Shown: one piece after another, positions 31,451-42,651 of the stretch
Numbering within the stretch: the stretch's first letter is position 1
Layout: the number at the start of each line of letters is the position of its first letter
Source: a virus
Strand: one strand, 5' to 3'
DNA length: 64,000 nucleotides
IMG/VR virus record: IMGVR_UViG_3300030685_000017
Span: 32,001 to 96,000 of that record
Position numbers and translations under genes: made by a program
The notes under the pieces: generated by a model
Told to the model about the DNA's origin: nothing
Databases searched by the model: none
What the model saw: the letters and a program-made list of their open reading frames with translations, nothing else

Positions 31451-32082
31451 ATGATAAATCCATCTAATACTTATTTTTTTAAAGAAGGAGATATGGTAAC
31501 TATAAAATCATGGTCAGAGATGGAAAAAGAATATGGAACTTTTTTTGGGAATATTTGTACACCTTGTCGTTTTAGGCGGGATATGGAATCTTTATGTGGG
31601 TATAGTTTTATAATAAAGGGTATCACAAATTCGCATAGTAATAGATTTGGAAAATATCAAACATTTTTGTTTAAACGTCGTTATTTTATTGATAATTGGA
31701 TGCTTAAACCGTATAAAAGAACAGAATTTATGACATTTAAAGAAAAGTTAAAGGTGGAATTATTATGACATATCATTTTAAAATAGGACAGGAAGTTCAG
31801 TTTAAAAGTTGGGAAGAAATGAAAAAAGAATACGGATTAGATGAAGATGAAGATGGAGATATAAAGACACCGATGTGTTTTTGTACAAGAATGAAACATT
31901 TTTGCGGAACGAGCGACATAGTAGAAGAAATTAAGGAATATGAAGATGATTATGGAGGATTTTATCAAAAAATTGTACTTAGTTACTTTAAAAGTAATAG
32001 TTTTGATAATTACATGTTTAAACCAAAAATAACTATTCAAAATTTATCTTTTCAAACATTAAAAAATAGAATGAAGAACTGA
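31451..32082 (+). CDS. Two family-B proteins with tag (31451-31768, 31765-32082)
   Basis: KSWxEMxKEYG..TPxxF...M...CG..DNxMxKP; ends EFMTFKEK and SFQTLKNR. Confidence 0.82.
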
Positions 32083-32116
32083 AATTAATGTTGGTTAAAT
32101 AGAAAGGAATAAAATT

Positions 32117-33285
32117 ATGAGTGATTGGACATATATAAGTGGTGTATTAACAGTTTCTCCCATGGGAATAACGCAAGCTGAAAAAAGATATGTTCTTGAT
32201 ACTGTATTAGCTCATTTACCACTTGTCACAGGTAGTGAAAGAGATATGAATATGTATGTAATTCTAAAAAGGGGAGAGAATTCATCGTGTACTGTTGATG
32301 AGTTTGGAGAAAGTACAAACAATTTAACAGATAGTTATGAAGGTCATAATCGTAAAAATGGATGGTTAAGAACACAAGATGAATATCTTTTAGTCGTAAA
32401 CGGAAGTTTCAGAGATAGGGTATTCAACGAAACTTTACGTGAATTTAATAAATGGATTTGTAGATTAGCTAAAAGAATTTCTGTTGAAGAAGTTCTTGTA
32501 GAAGTTAAGGGTTATAATGAAAATATTATAATAAAAAATGATCATCAAATTTATACAGAAATGTTTGAATATCCGAGTTGGTGTGATAAAAAATCAAAAA
32601 ATTGGTGCGAATATTTACTGTGGGAAAAAGTGGAGGAGTAATATGGATAATTTATTTATTAAAAAAGAAGATGGATCGTATATTATGACACCTTTAAATA
32701 AGCAGTTAAATAGAAAAGCAGGAGAAACGATAGAATTATTATTTGATGTATTATTAGACAGCGGAATTACTAATGTAGAAGCTAAATATGTTATTGATAT
32801 GGTTACAGAAGAAGTAATGCTTAATAAAATACTTAATTTACACCCCATATTAAGATCAATCTAGGTATTATATTACTTATATATGCTTTTCTATGGGTAT
32901 GTAACGAATAAATTTAATATGAAACTACACTTTCAAAAAAGGAGAAAATATGCTTAAAATTATTTACGAAGAAGGAGGTACAGCTTTTTCTGATTTCGGT
33001 TTACTACAACAGGCAAAAAGTATTATAACACATTATCGTGAAAATTCAAATGAAGTATGTACAGTAAAAGTATCAACAGAAGATATACTTGATGCATTAA
33101 GATTATGTGTATTAAAAGGAGATATAAGTTATTCTGAAATTTGTTTTATAATAAATGGAGAGGTAATAGAAATAGATGCAAAGGCAAATTATACAAGATT
33201 ACCTTCTATGGCATTTGATAATATAAGCGATATACTTCGTGAAATAAGAGAATTAAGAAAGGGTAAGAATGGCTTCTCAAAATAA
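32117..33285 (+). CDS. Three hypothetical genes (32117-32641, 32643-32864, 32950-33285)
   Basis: RBS-preceded ORFs. Confidence 0.65.
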
Positions 33286-33404
33286 AAAGAATAAAGCAAA
33301 GAATAGTTATATCACTAATGGGTATGATAAAAAAGATGGGAAATGGAAACGATATGCTTATTTTACAAAGAGAAATAGAAGTAATATAAAAATGGAGACA
33401 AATT

Positions 33405-33650
33405 ATGACGTTTAAAGAAGTAAGTAGGGTTGAATGGGAAACATCACGTAAAGTAAATGGTAAGTATGAAACGGATGGGAGAACAGTTGGATCAAATTAG
33501 GATTCTTTTGGCATTATAGTAGAAAATATTTTATATCACGAACCAGAAAAAGAATGTCCTTATAATTTTTGTGATCTAATTTTATCTAACGAAGTTATTA
33601 TTAGGGAATTTGATATAAAACAAGTAACATTCAACACTAAGAAAGGGTAA
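33405..33650 (+). pseudogene. 81-codon frame with a single in-frame TAG (33498)
   Basis: GGAG RBS; frame continues 49 codons past the TAG. Confidence 0.55.
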
Positions 33651-33652
33651 TT

Positions 33653-34063
33653 ATGAAAAAAATAATATCTATTATTTTATTAATAAATATAATAGTAAGT
33701 TTGACAGGATGTGGAGGAAAAGTAGAAACTAGAAATATCAAAAGTTGTGTGTTAGATAAGCAGACGACCAATAGTTCTAGTGGTACTTTTATCTTGGGCA
33801 TGGGTGTTTTTAGTTCGGATACAGATATTACTACAAAATATTATATGTATATTAAAAGTGATGAAGGTTACAGACTGCAAGAAATAGATAGTGAATATTT
33901 ACAAATAGTGGAGACAGATAAACGAACTCCTAGCATTAAAGGATATTTTTCTAGTGACGATGGAGTATCAGGTGGAATAATTTATGGTGGACAGTATACG
34001 GTGTATGTTCCTACCGGGACGATCACACAAGAGTATAAAACTAAAATTAATACTGAAAAGTAA
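33653..34063 (+). CDS. Putative lipoprotein
   Basis: MKK plus hydrophobic stretch plus LTGC lipobox. Confidence 0.75.
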   Translation: MKKIISIILLINIIVSLTGCGGKVETRNIKSCVLDKQTTNSSSGTFILGMGVFSSDTDITTKYYMYIKSDEGYRLQEIDSEYLQIVETDKRTPSIKGYFSSDDGVSGGIIYGGQYTVYVPTGTITQEYKTKINTEK

Positions 34064-34118
34064 AAAATACGAATGAAACATAGATTTCATCCGATCTTAA
34101 AGAATAGAGAATGGAGAA

Positions 34119-34550
34119 TTGATTATGGATACCGTGAGAATGTGGCTATGTACAGGCATTAAAAATAAAGCAGATGAAAAAATGTTTACACTGAATGAAA
34201 TCTACATTTCAGACGATCAAGGTTTTTGTATTACAGATAATAAAGGACAGTCTCAACTGGGGGAATATATGTCTGTTGGTCAAATTACAGATTATTATCA
34301 AATAGATTTTATACAGATTTCTCCATACCTCAGTTGTCCTATTTGTGGACATCAAATGTATATTGTAAATAAGCAAGGTCATATGAAAAAAAGGATATAT
34401 TGTGATATGTGTAAAAAAGCAAAGAATAAATATATATGTTATACTTGGGATGATATTAATCAAGGATATAAATGGTATGACGCTAGTATTTATACATATA
34501 GAACTATATTTCTTTACTTAATTGATGGATCAATATTTGAAGGTAAATAA
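34119..34550 (+). CDS. Hypothetical protein with Zn-ribbon
   Basis: CPIC ... CDMC. Confidence 0.6.
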   Translation: MIMDTVRMWLCTGIKNKADEKMFTLNEIYISDDQGFCITDNKGQSQLGEYMSVGQITDYYQIDFIQISPYLSCPICGHQMYIVNKQGHMKKRIYCDMCKKAKNKYICYTWDDINQGYKWYDASIYTYRTIFLYLIDGSIFEGK

Positions 34551-34552
34551 TT

Positions 34553-35108
34553 GTGAATATAAATAATTTTTGTCGTTCAAAAGATAAAATGGCTGTAAAA
34601 TGTGATAGTTTAGCAGAAGTAAAAGAGTTATTTATTATATTTCAGAAATATCATTTAGAATGGGCTAATGGTACTGTATATAATCCAAATTATTCTTTTA
34701 TATATAAAGATGATTATGAGAATATATTTTTTACAAATAAAGGTACTACAGTACATTTATTCTATGCTCAAATGAATAATATTAATTTATATACTTTTAA
34801 GCAATTAAAAAATATTTCTCAGGATTTTTTGATTATTGCGGAAAGGAATTTAATATATGAAAACTAATATTTTTCATGTTGGTGATATTGTCACAGGAAG
34901 CAAGGATAGTCTATATGGATTAACAAATCAATTTATGTTAGCGGGTGAGATTATACGTATTTGGGATGATGGATATATAACAATTCGATATTTAAAAGGA
35001 AGAGATCAAAAATGCATAAACCATGTGTATACTGTATGTTCACATGAATTTGTTCTGGTTAAATCAAAATCAATTGAATTTTTAACTTTTTCTGATAGAA
35101 TTAAATAA
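34553..35108 (+). CDS. Family-A (34553-34867, degenerate tag DFLIIAER) and family-C (34857-35108, EFLTFSDR) proteins
   Basis: AVKCDS..LEWANG; FHVGDIV...YGLTN..M..G.I. Confidence 0.75.
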
Positions 35109-35124
35109 TAAATATAATTATTCT

Positions 35125-35208
35125 GCGGACATGGCGTAATTGGCAGACGCAATGGACTTAAAATCCATTGTCCTTTTGGGCGTGAGGGTTCAAGTCCCTT
35201 TGTCCGCA
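35125..35208 (+). tRNA. tRNA-Leu(TAA)
   Basis: GCGGACA/TGTCCGC-A; ATGGA-CTTAAAA-TCCAT; long variable arm. Confidence 0.93.
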
Positions 35209-35231
35209 TAAAATATTTAAAGGAGGAATAA

Positions 35232-35859
35232 ATGAGAATGGAATTTTTTATTATGTTATCACAAGAAAAACAAATATATACTATAATTGCAACAGAAAGA
35301 CAATTAAAAATTTTTATGATTTATTTTAAACGATACGTAAAAAACGATGAAAGCTTTTATAAAAGTTATTTTGATTCAGCTTGTGATTTATTAAGACGGG
35401 GTAAACGAGTGGGATTATGTTATTTTTGTGTTGCTAATGCTTCCAGTTTTATAGGAACTACTTTTACACGTTATTTTATAAATGAATTATATGCTTCTAA
35501 TAGTCATAATATTTTCTTAACCTTTAAAGAAAGGCGGTTATACGATGACAAATGATTTTTTTGTATTATTAGGACAGTCAAAACCTGTCTATACAATTAT
35601 TAAAACAGAAGATCAATTAAAATTATTTATGTTTTATTTTAAAAAATATACACATCAGGATGAATGTTTTTATAGGGACTATTTTAAAGTCGCAAAATTT
35701 TTAATACACGAATATGGAAAAGTGGGTGCATGTAGCTATTGTGCTATATTAGTTGAAGGGTATGGAAGTAGTTATAAATATTATGATATAACAGAAGTGT
35801 TATCTTCTATTAATATGCATGCCTCATTTTTAACTTTTAAACAAAGAGTACAAAAATAA
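35232..35859 (+). CDS. Tandem paralog pair (35232-35555, 35545-35859), both tagged
   Basis: YTII.TE.QLK.FM.YFK.Y...DE.FY..YF; ends IFLTFKERR and SFLTFKQR. Confidence 0.8.
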
Positions 35860-35896
35860 CTATAAAATTATAAATTATATAGATAGGAGAAATATT

Positions 35897-37027
35897 ATGG
35901 AAATAAAAGGAAAATATAATACCGCAAAAATATTTACCGATAATATAGATACAGAAACAATTTCAGAAGTGATGAATTTACTGAATCAAGAATCGGTTAA
36001 AAAGCAAAAAATAAGAATAATGCCTGATTGCCATGCGGGGGCAGGGTGCATAATAGGTACAACCATGACAATTATGGATAAGGTTATACCAAATATTGTT
36101 GGGGTAGATATCGGATGTGGTATGTATGCAATTCAATTAGAAGAAACAGAAATTGATTTACCTCTCCTTGATGATATTATTAATAAGTATATACCTTGTG
36201 GCTTTAAAATACATGAACATTCTGTATTTACATCTAATGTTAAAGATATTAAAGCACCTGTAGATACACAAAAAGCTTTACGATCTCTTGGAACTCTTGG
36301 TGGTGGAAATCATTTTATAGAAGTAGATCGTGATTCGATTGGGAATTTGTGGCTTGTAATACATACTGGTTCCAGACATTTGGGACTTGAAGTATGTAAT
36401 TATTATCAAGATTTAGGTTGGTTACAAATTAAAAATGATAATATTAAAAGTAAAATTAATGAAACTATAAATCGGATAAAGATCATGGGGAAAGAAAAAG
36501 ATATGGAAAATACTATTAAAATTTTAAGAATGCAAAAATCTCCTATTCCTAAAGAACTCTGTTATATTAAAGAGGATACCTTTTTAGATTATCTACGTGA
36601 TATTGATATTACACAATATCATGCAAAACGCAATAGAGAAGGCATAGCAGATATAATCATTGATCATATGAATTTTCATATAAAAGATAGTTTTCATACA
36701 ATACATAATTATATAGATACTTATAATATGATATTAAGAAAAGGTGCTGTTTCTGCTAAAAAGAAGAGAGACTTATTATTCCAATGAACATGAGAGACGG
36801 ATCTCTTATTTGTATAGGAAAGGGAAATGAAGACTGGAATTTTTCAGCTCCACATGGAGCAGGAAGAATAATGTCTAGGTCTGTGGCAAAAGAAACAATA
36901 TTAGAATCTGACTTTGAAAAGTCTATGGATGGTATATAAACCAATTCAAGAGATAATTGATAACATTAAAGATACTGTAGATATAATAGATATTATTAAG
37001 CCTATATACAACTTTAAGGTTCATTAA
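35897..37027 (+). pseudogene. rtcB: RtcB RNA ligase with a frameshift (~36765) and a deletion near the C-terminus (~36935)
   Basis: MPDCHAG, GVDIGCG, GTLGGGNHF, HTGSR, HNY, RKGA; SAPHGAGR and YKPI..KPIYNFK lie in other frames; DE.P.AY segment missing. Confidence 0.88.
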
Positions 37028-37056
37028 ATATATGATAATGAAACGGAGATTTTATA

Positions 37057-37415
37057 ATGAAAAGAATTGTTAAAGAATTTATTCAAGATAATACTATTAC
37101 TATTCGTACTCAGACAAGAGAAGATTTATTAGAATTAAAAGATTTTCTATATCAATTAAAGAATTATGATGAAACAATTCTAATATTTTCATATTTTTTA
37201 ATGATGATAATAAATATATAACAACTTATAAAACAAATACATTATTTTTTTATTTTGTACATTCTGCAACACGTTTTAGACGTGTTCTTATGTCTAAAGG
37301 AGAAAGTAATTATACCGCAAATGTTAGACGTACTTATACATGGAAACAATTTAAGAAAAAATTAATTATAAATAAAGATTTTAATACATTTAAAGAAATG
37401 CAAAGTGAGGTATAA
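37057..37415 (+). pseudogene. Frameshifted divergent family-A-like gene; tag DFNTFKEM in the 3' frame
   Basis: Start and tag are in different frames (359 nt apart). Confidence 0.6.
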
Positions 37416-37417
37416 TT

Positions 37418-38058
37418 ATGACATATCGTTTTAAAGTGGGAGATGAAGTTCAGTTTAAAAGTTGGGAAGAAATGAAAAAAGAATACGGAGTAGATTGTTT
37501 CGCTAATATTGCTACTCCTAGTAGTTTTGTAACGGATATGAAACCTTATTGCGGTAAAGTATGTAAAATAATAAAAGTATGTGATTATGATTCTTTTCAA
37601 AGATTACTGATTATAGGTGTAGATACTAGTTATAATCTGGATAATTATATGTTTAAATTAGTTCATATAAATTCATCTTTTTTAACTTTTAAAGAAAGGG
37701 AGCTTAAATAAAAAATATGAAACAGATTTTAAAAGATTTTTTACATGACTCACGTAATAATAATATAGCTATTCGTTGTAAAACAAAAGTAGAAGTAAGA
37801 AGCTTATGTATTTTTTTAGATGATATGCATTTTCCAAGTCATGTTAGGAATACTTATTTATATTTATATGAGCATAATTTTAATTTTAATATGTGTCCAT
37901 TAGATATAGGAAATGATGGAGGTTGGGATACCGTAAAGGAGAATGGTTTATCAAGTTATAATAGAGATAATTATGATATTCATTTATATAAAAGTATTTT
38001 TTATGCTGAAGATAAAGAGTTTCAAACATTTAGAGATAGAATAGAATCGCTTAAATAA
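37418..38058 (+). CDS. Family-B (37418-37711) and family-A (37717-38058) proteins, both tagged
   Basis: Ends SFLTFKER and EFQTFRDR. Confidence 0.82.
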
Positions 38059-38075
38059 AGAAAGGGTATAATATT

Positions 38076-38672
38076 ATGCAGATAGGAGATAAAGTTAGAT
38101 TAAAAGAAGAATATATTTTAAATGAATTTTATACTATAACAAATGAAGAAATGATTATCGGTATAGTAAGAGATATAAAAGAAACATTTAGATCTAGAAG
38201 CAGTAGTGTATTTGTTGAAATTCGTGTTGAGGTACTTAAACATAAATATAAATATGAGATAGGAAAAAGTTATTGGGTAAATATTAAGCATTTTGAAAAG
38301 ATAGGACAAAATAATAATAAAGATTTTCAAACTTTTTCTATGAAAATAGCATTAAATAAAGATGGAGAATAAATTATTAAATAAGATAGGGAGATAATAA
38401 ATATGAAAGTGGGAGATAAAATTAGACTTAAAAAATGTTATAGACATTCTCAAATATATCGTACAATAAATGAAAATATGATAGTAGGAATGGTTATAAG
38501 TTTAAGACGTGTACCAGAAGGTGGTAATGATATTTCTATTAGGGTATTAAAGCATGTAGATTCAATAATTGAAGGAGAAGAATACAATGTAAAATCTAAG
38601 TATTTTGAAAAAATAAATCATAACAAAGATTTTGAAACCTTTAATGAGAGGAAAAATTATGAAAATAGTTGA
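38076..38672 (+). CDS. Two family-C proteins with tag (38076-38372, 38403-38672)
   Basis: GDKxRLK..Y..xNExMIxG.V..VLKH..FEKI; ends DFQTFSMK and DFETFNER. Confidence 0.8.
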
Positions 38673-39232
38673 GTTACAATCAATTTTTACTACAAAAGTA
38701 GTGGATTTTTATGGAGTAAATGAAGTAGTTATCAAAGAAAATGGAGATATGGTGCTTTTAGATTGTAAACATCCTATCTTTGAAATAGTAAATTCACAAC
38801 CTAAATTATTAATTAGACATCCAACTGACTGGGAATGTTGGGCAATTAAAGAGTTTTTAACACAAAATCATATTGCTGGTTTTGATCAGAAAATGATTAA
38901 AATTAGACAAATGTATGGATAAGAAAGGATGATGATAAAAATTAATGAATAAGCAAGAAATAGCAGATTTACAAGCGACTTTACCAAAGAAACCAAACCT
39001 AAATCCTTGTTTGAAATGTGAAAGGAGAGATTTAAAATGCCATACTATATGTAAAGAATATTTATTAATGAGACAATATTATGATGCGTATAATGCTATT
39101 GTATTTAAAATCAAACAAGAACAGACCAGACAAAATATGGATTTTATGAATGCACTTAATCGTACTTCTCAAGCCAAAGGTAACTCTCGTGTAGAAAGTT
39201 TGTATGTGAAAAGGAAAAGAACAAATGGATGA
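38659..39232 (+). CDS. Two hypothetical genes (38659-38922; Cys-rich 38945-39232)
   Basis: RBS-preceded ORFs. Confidence 0.6.
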
Positions 39233-39377
39233 AGTAAGTTTACAAGAATTATATGAAAATATTGGTAATGTTTTAGATTTAGCTACAACAGAAGAAATAG
39301 ATAATCATTATGAGATATGGCAGGAATTAACAACTATTTATGTAAAAATGAAAGATGAAGGTTTTTAAAAAAAGTAG

Positions 39378-39406
39378 TTGACAAATTAACAAAAATATGA
39401 TAAAAT
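39378..39406 (+). promoter_or_regulatory. sigmaA promoter
   Basis: TTGACA-17-TAAAAT with TG extension. Confidence 0.75.
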
Positions 39407-39427
39407 TAATTAAATAAGAGGGAAAAT

Positions 39428-39718
39428 ATGAGTAAACAAGAAAAGGCGGCGGTAGAAGATTTAGAATTAAGATTTGATAATGTAGATAAAATGTTGCAAG
39501 GAATTATTAAAGAAACAAAGAATTTGAAACTTATCTTACTTAATTTAGAAATCGAGAATAGCCACATAAAAACTCCAACAGGAATTGAACCAATTGCAAA
39601 GAACTTAGAAAAACGTATTACACAAATGGAAGTTCATGTTCAGGGGTTTGTAGAAAACAATGAAGCCGAAATAGAACAATCATTAAATGTTTTACGACAA
39701 GGACTAATTGATGATTAG
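39428..39718 (+). CDS. Small helical protein resembling an MCP signalling hairpin tip
   Basis: NLKLILLNLEIENSH..TGIEPIAKNL vs consensus QTNLLALNAAIEAAR..GFAVVA.EV. Confidence 0.55.
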   Translation: MSKQEKAAVEDLELRFDNVDKMLQGIIKETKNLKLILLNLEIENSHIKTPTGIEPIAKNLEKRITQMEVHVQGFVENNEAEIEQSLNVLRQGLIDD

Positions 39719-39737
39719 TTAGGCTGTTAGGAGTGCC

Positions 39738-39998
39738 ATGTCTTTAAAACGCTGTTTATTATTTGCCAGAGCATCTAAGTTAGAAAATTTAGGTGATGCC
39801 ATCTTCCATGTTTGTCTTGAAGCAAATACATTATTTGTGAAGAAAAAGATTTATACGGAAATCGAAACCTTATTAAGACAAAGAAATTTATTATTTAAAG
39901 AAACTACATTTAATAATTATACAAAAATAAATGTGGTTTTAGAATGGATTGAAGCGTTACCGGAAGAAAAACGCGAATTATACACAATAGACATCTAA
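39738..39998 (+). CDS. Hypothetical protein
   Basis: AGGAG RBS. Confidence 0.6.
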   Translation: MSLKRCLLFARASKLENLGDAIFHVCLEANTLFVKKKIYTEIETLLRQRNLLFKETTFNNYTKINVVLEWIEALPEEKRELYTIDI

Positions 39999-40513
39999 AA
40001 ACAATTATTTCATATCCTCCTTTTCTAAAGTATATTGCTATGATTTATGTAACTTATAAGTCATAGCAATATACTTTATATAATGAATGGATAAATGAAA
40101 GGAAAATATTATGAGTATTAAACAAATTTTTGATGATTTTAATAAAGAAATTACACAAAATTTATCTGACTTAAAAGAACATATTGTATTATTTAAAGAA
40201 GCTGTAGAGAACTATAATACTATTACTAGAAAAGTAATAGATGGATGGAAAAATTAAGCATAAATAATTAATTTATATCAATTAATAACACCTATTATTT
40301 TATAAAAGAGGGAAAAATTATGAGTAAAATAATTACAGTTAAATTTTTGTTGATTTTACGCAGTATTTTGTTGGGAATAAATTGTATACTTATTGGAGTA
40401 TCAATACATTTACAAACCATAGAAAATACAATAATAGGTGTTATGATTGTATGTTTGCTATCAAGAATTATTTTATTAAACCTTACACCGTGGTTGGTAA
40501 AGAAAGAAGGATA

Positions 40514-41116
40514 ATGAAAACACAATTTAATTATATAGGAGATACATGGTTAAGTGTTAAGAACCATTGCAGAACTACAGTCGGAAAAGTATTTACAGAA
40601 AAAGAACCTACAGAGATTTTTAAATGGAGACTACTTATATCAGAGCATACTCCTATTAGACTTTTAGAATTTGATTGGAGTTGGAGAAGTATTCCATATT
40701 GGGTTAGTACCGAATTAAGTCGTCATAAATTTGAGAAATTTATTACAACTCAAAGAGATGATAGAACTGATTCAAAAATTCCTCGTGCTGAATTACCTCA
40801 AGGTGCATTGGTAAATTATGATGGATTTGCTAATATGCAAAACTTAATAGATGCTTTTCGAAAGAGATTATGCTTTCAAGCTACTCATGAAGCGAGAGAA
40901 TTAGTTGAGGATTTCAAAGAAACTTTACATAATAATCATCCTATTGAAGCTAATATTTTAGTTTCAAACTGTATATATCGTGGAGGATGTCCTGAAATAA
41001 ATCATTGTGGATTTTGGGAAGCATTTATTGCGAAGCACAAAGATGATAATTTATTAGATTTAGATACTCGATATAAATTGTATAACGAAGATTTTTATAA
41101 AGGAGGAAAAATTTGA
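40514..41116 (+). CDS. thyX: FAD-dependent thymidylate synthase (ThyX-like)
   Basis: SEHTPIR, ELSRH, TQRDDR, RKRLC, CIYRGGCPE; start at ATG 40514. Confidence 0.75.
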   Translation: MKTQFNYIGDTWLSVKNHCRTTVGKVFTEKEPTEIFKWRLLISEHTPIRLLEFDWSWRSIPYWVSTELSRHKFEKFITTQRDDRTDSKIPRAELPQGALVNYDGFANMQNLIDAFRKRLCFQATHEARELVEDFKETLHNNHPIEANILVSNCIYRGGCPEINHCGFWEAFIAKHKDDNLLDLDTRYKLYNEDFYKGGKI

Positions 41117-41388
41117 AAACACAAATGTATAAAATTGTTCAAATTATAGATAAAAATTTTAATCCGAAACCTCTACCTGCAGAACATGGAGATCTTATTG
41201 GAAAATTTGTATGGGATAATTATACAAATAAGATAGAAATTGGTTATCCATGTTTCTTTCTATGGAATGATAACAGTGGAAAAATGATGAGAACGAGTAG
41301 AGTAGAAGAAGTTTTAGAATTAGAATATACACATCAAATTTTGGTTACTACGCAAAATAGTGTATATCTTTTTACAGAGGTAGATTGA
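41113..41388 (+). CDS. Hypothetical protein
   Basis: AGGAGG RBS, TTG start; RTSRV..VTTQNSVY. Confidence 0.65.
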   Translation: MKTQMYKIVQIIDKNFNPKPLPAEHGDLIGKFVWDNYTNKIEIGYPCFFLWNDNSGKMMRTSRVEEVLELEYTHQILVTTQNSVYLFTEVD

Positions 41389-41563
41389 TGAAAAATATCA
41401 ATAATAATCAAATGGAAACTTTTAGTGAAACTCTTGCTAGGATACAAAATGAAAATATTCTGGATCACAAAATAAAAAAGTTATGTTATCATTATGATAA
41501 GAGATGTAATGGTGCAATTTGTAGACATTGTAAATTTAGAAATGACTAAGAAAGGAATATAAA

Positions 41564-42010
41564 ATGAATACGATTATATTGATTTTATTTATTATGATGT
41601 TTTTACATATTTATGTAGACTTTAATTTACAAATAGGTTCGTCACTTAATAACTTGAAGCAAAAAGATTGGTGGAGACATAATTGTAATAAGTCGCAATA
41701 TAAATATGATTATATTATGGCTATGTTATTACACAGTTTTTCTTGGACTTTCGGAATTATGTTTGCACCTGTATTATATTTAAAGATTAAAACAGGATAT
41801 TCCAATAGTACTATATTTATTAATTGTTTCATTATTCTGTTATTTGTTATAAATGCTGTAGCACACTATATTATAGATAATTTAAAAGCAAATGATCATG
41901 TAATAAATTTGTGGGTAGATCAGATAGGTCATATAATACAAATTTTAATTACGTGGTTTATTTTATTGCATATAATTTATCCATTTATTACAAAGAATAT
42001 TTGGGTATAA
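41564..42010 (+). CDS. DUF3307-like membrane protein
   Basis: H..VDF.LQ, H, H.IID..K, DQ..H spread over TM helices. Confidence 0.75.
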   Translation: MNTIILILFIMMFLHIYVDFNLQIGSSLNNLKQKDWWRHNCNKSQYKYDYIMAMLLHSFSWTFGIMFAPVLYLKIKTGYSNSTIFINCFIILLFVINAVAHYIIDNLKANDHVINLWVDQIGHIIQILITWFILLHIIYPFITKNIWV

Positions 42011-42012
42011 TT

Positions 42013-42321
42013 ATGAATTATTCATTTAAAATTGGTGATAGAGTAAAGATAAAATCATGGGGAAAAATGGCACATGAATATGGAATAAATTGACTTGGTA
42101 ATATTAAAACTCCTTGTCATTTTATTTCAGAAATGAAAGAATATTGTGGTAAACGCGCAGAAGTAATTAATATAATTAATAGAAAAGCATATCAAAGAGT
42201 ACAGTTATCTATAGCAATTGGTTATACAATAGATAATTGGATGTTAGAACCAGATAAGAATAGTATAAATTTTATGACGTATAAGGAAAGGAATAGAGAT
42301 TGGATTAATATAAATATATAA
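42013..42321 (+). pseudogene. Family-B gene with a single in-frame TGA (42091); tag NFMTYKER retained
   Basis: YSFKIGDRVKIKSW..EYGIN*LGNIKTPCHF. Confidence 0.8.
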
Positions 42322-42336
42322 AAGGGAGATAAAGAT

Positions 42337-42651
42337 ATGAAACAATTTAATTTAGATGATATTCCTAAATATAAGAAAAAAGAAATAAAATCTGTAGAAA
42401 AACCTAAACACAAACACATATATGAATATTGTCTTACAATAGATGAAAATAATAGATATTATCCTATGGTATATTGTACTATATGCGGTAAGCTAAAATA
42501 TAATATAACGCTTTGTGAAATTTCTGAAAAAACAGATGATGGATGTTTCAGATTATTATCTCAAGAAGAAATATATAATAAATATAAGCATTTAAAACAA
42601 TTTAGAATAAAGGATATGTTTCAAAAGCGGTTAGAAGGGGATAAGTTATGA
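42337..42651 (+). CDS. Hypothetical protein with H/C metal motif
   Basis: HKHIY ... CTICG. Confidence 0.65.
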   Translation: MKQFNLDDIPKYKKKEIKSVEKPKHKHIYEYCLTIDENNRYYPMVYCTICGKLKYNITLCEISEKTDDGCFRLLSQEEIYNKYKHLKQFRIKDMFQKRLEGDKL

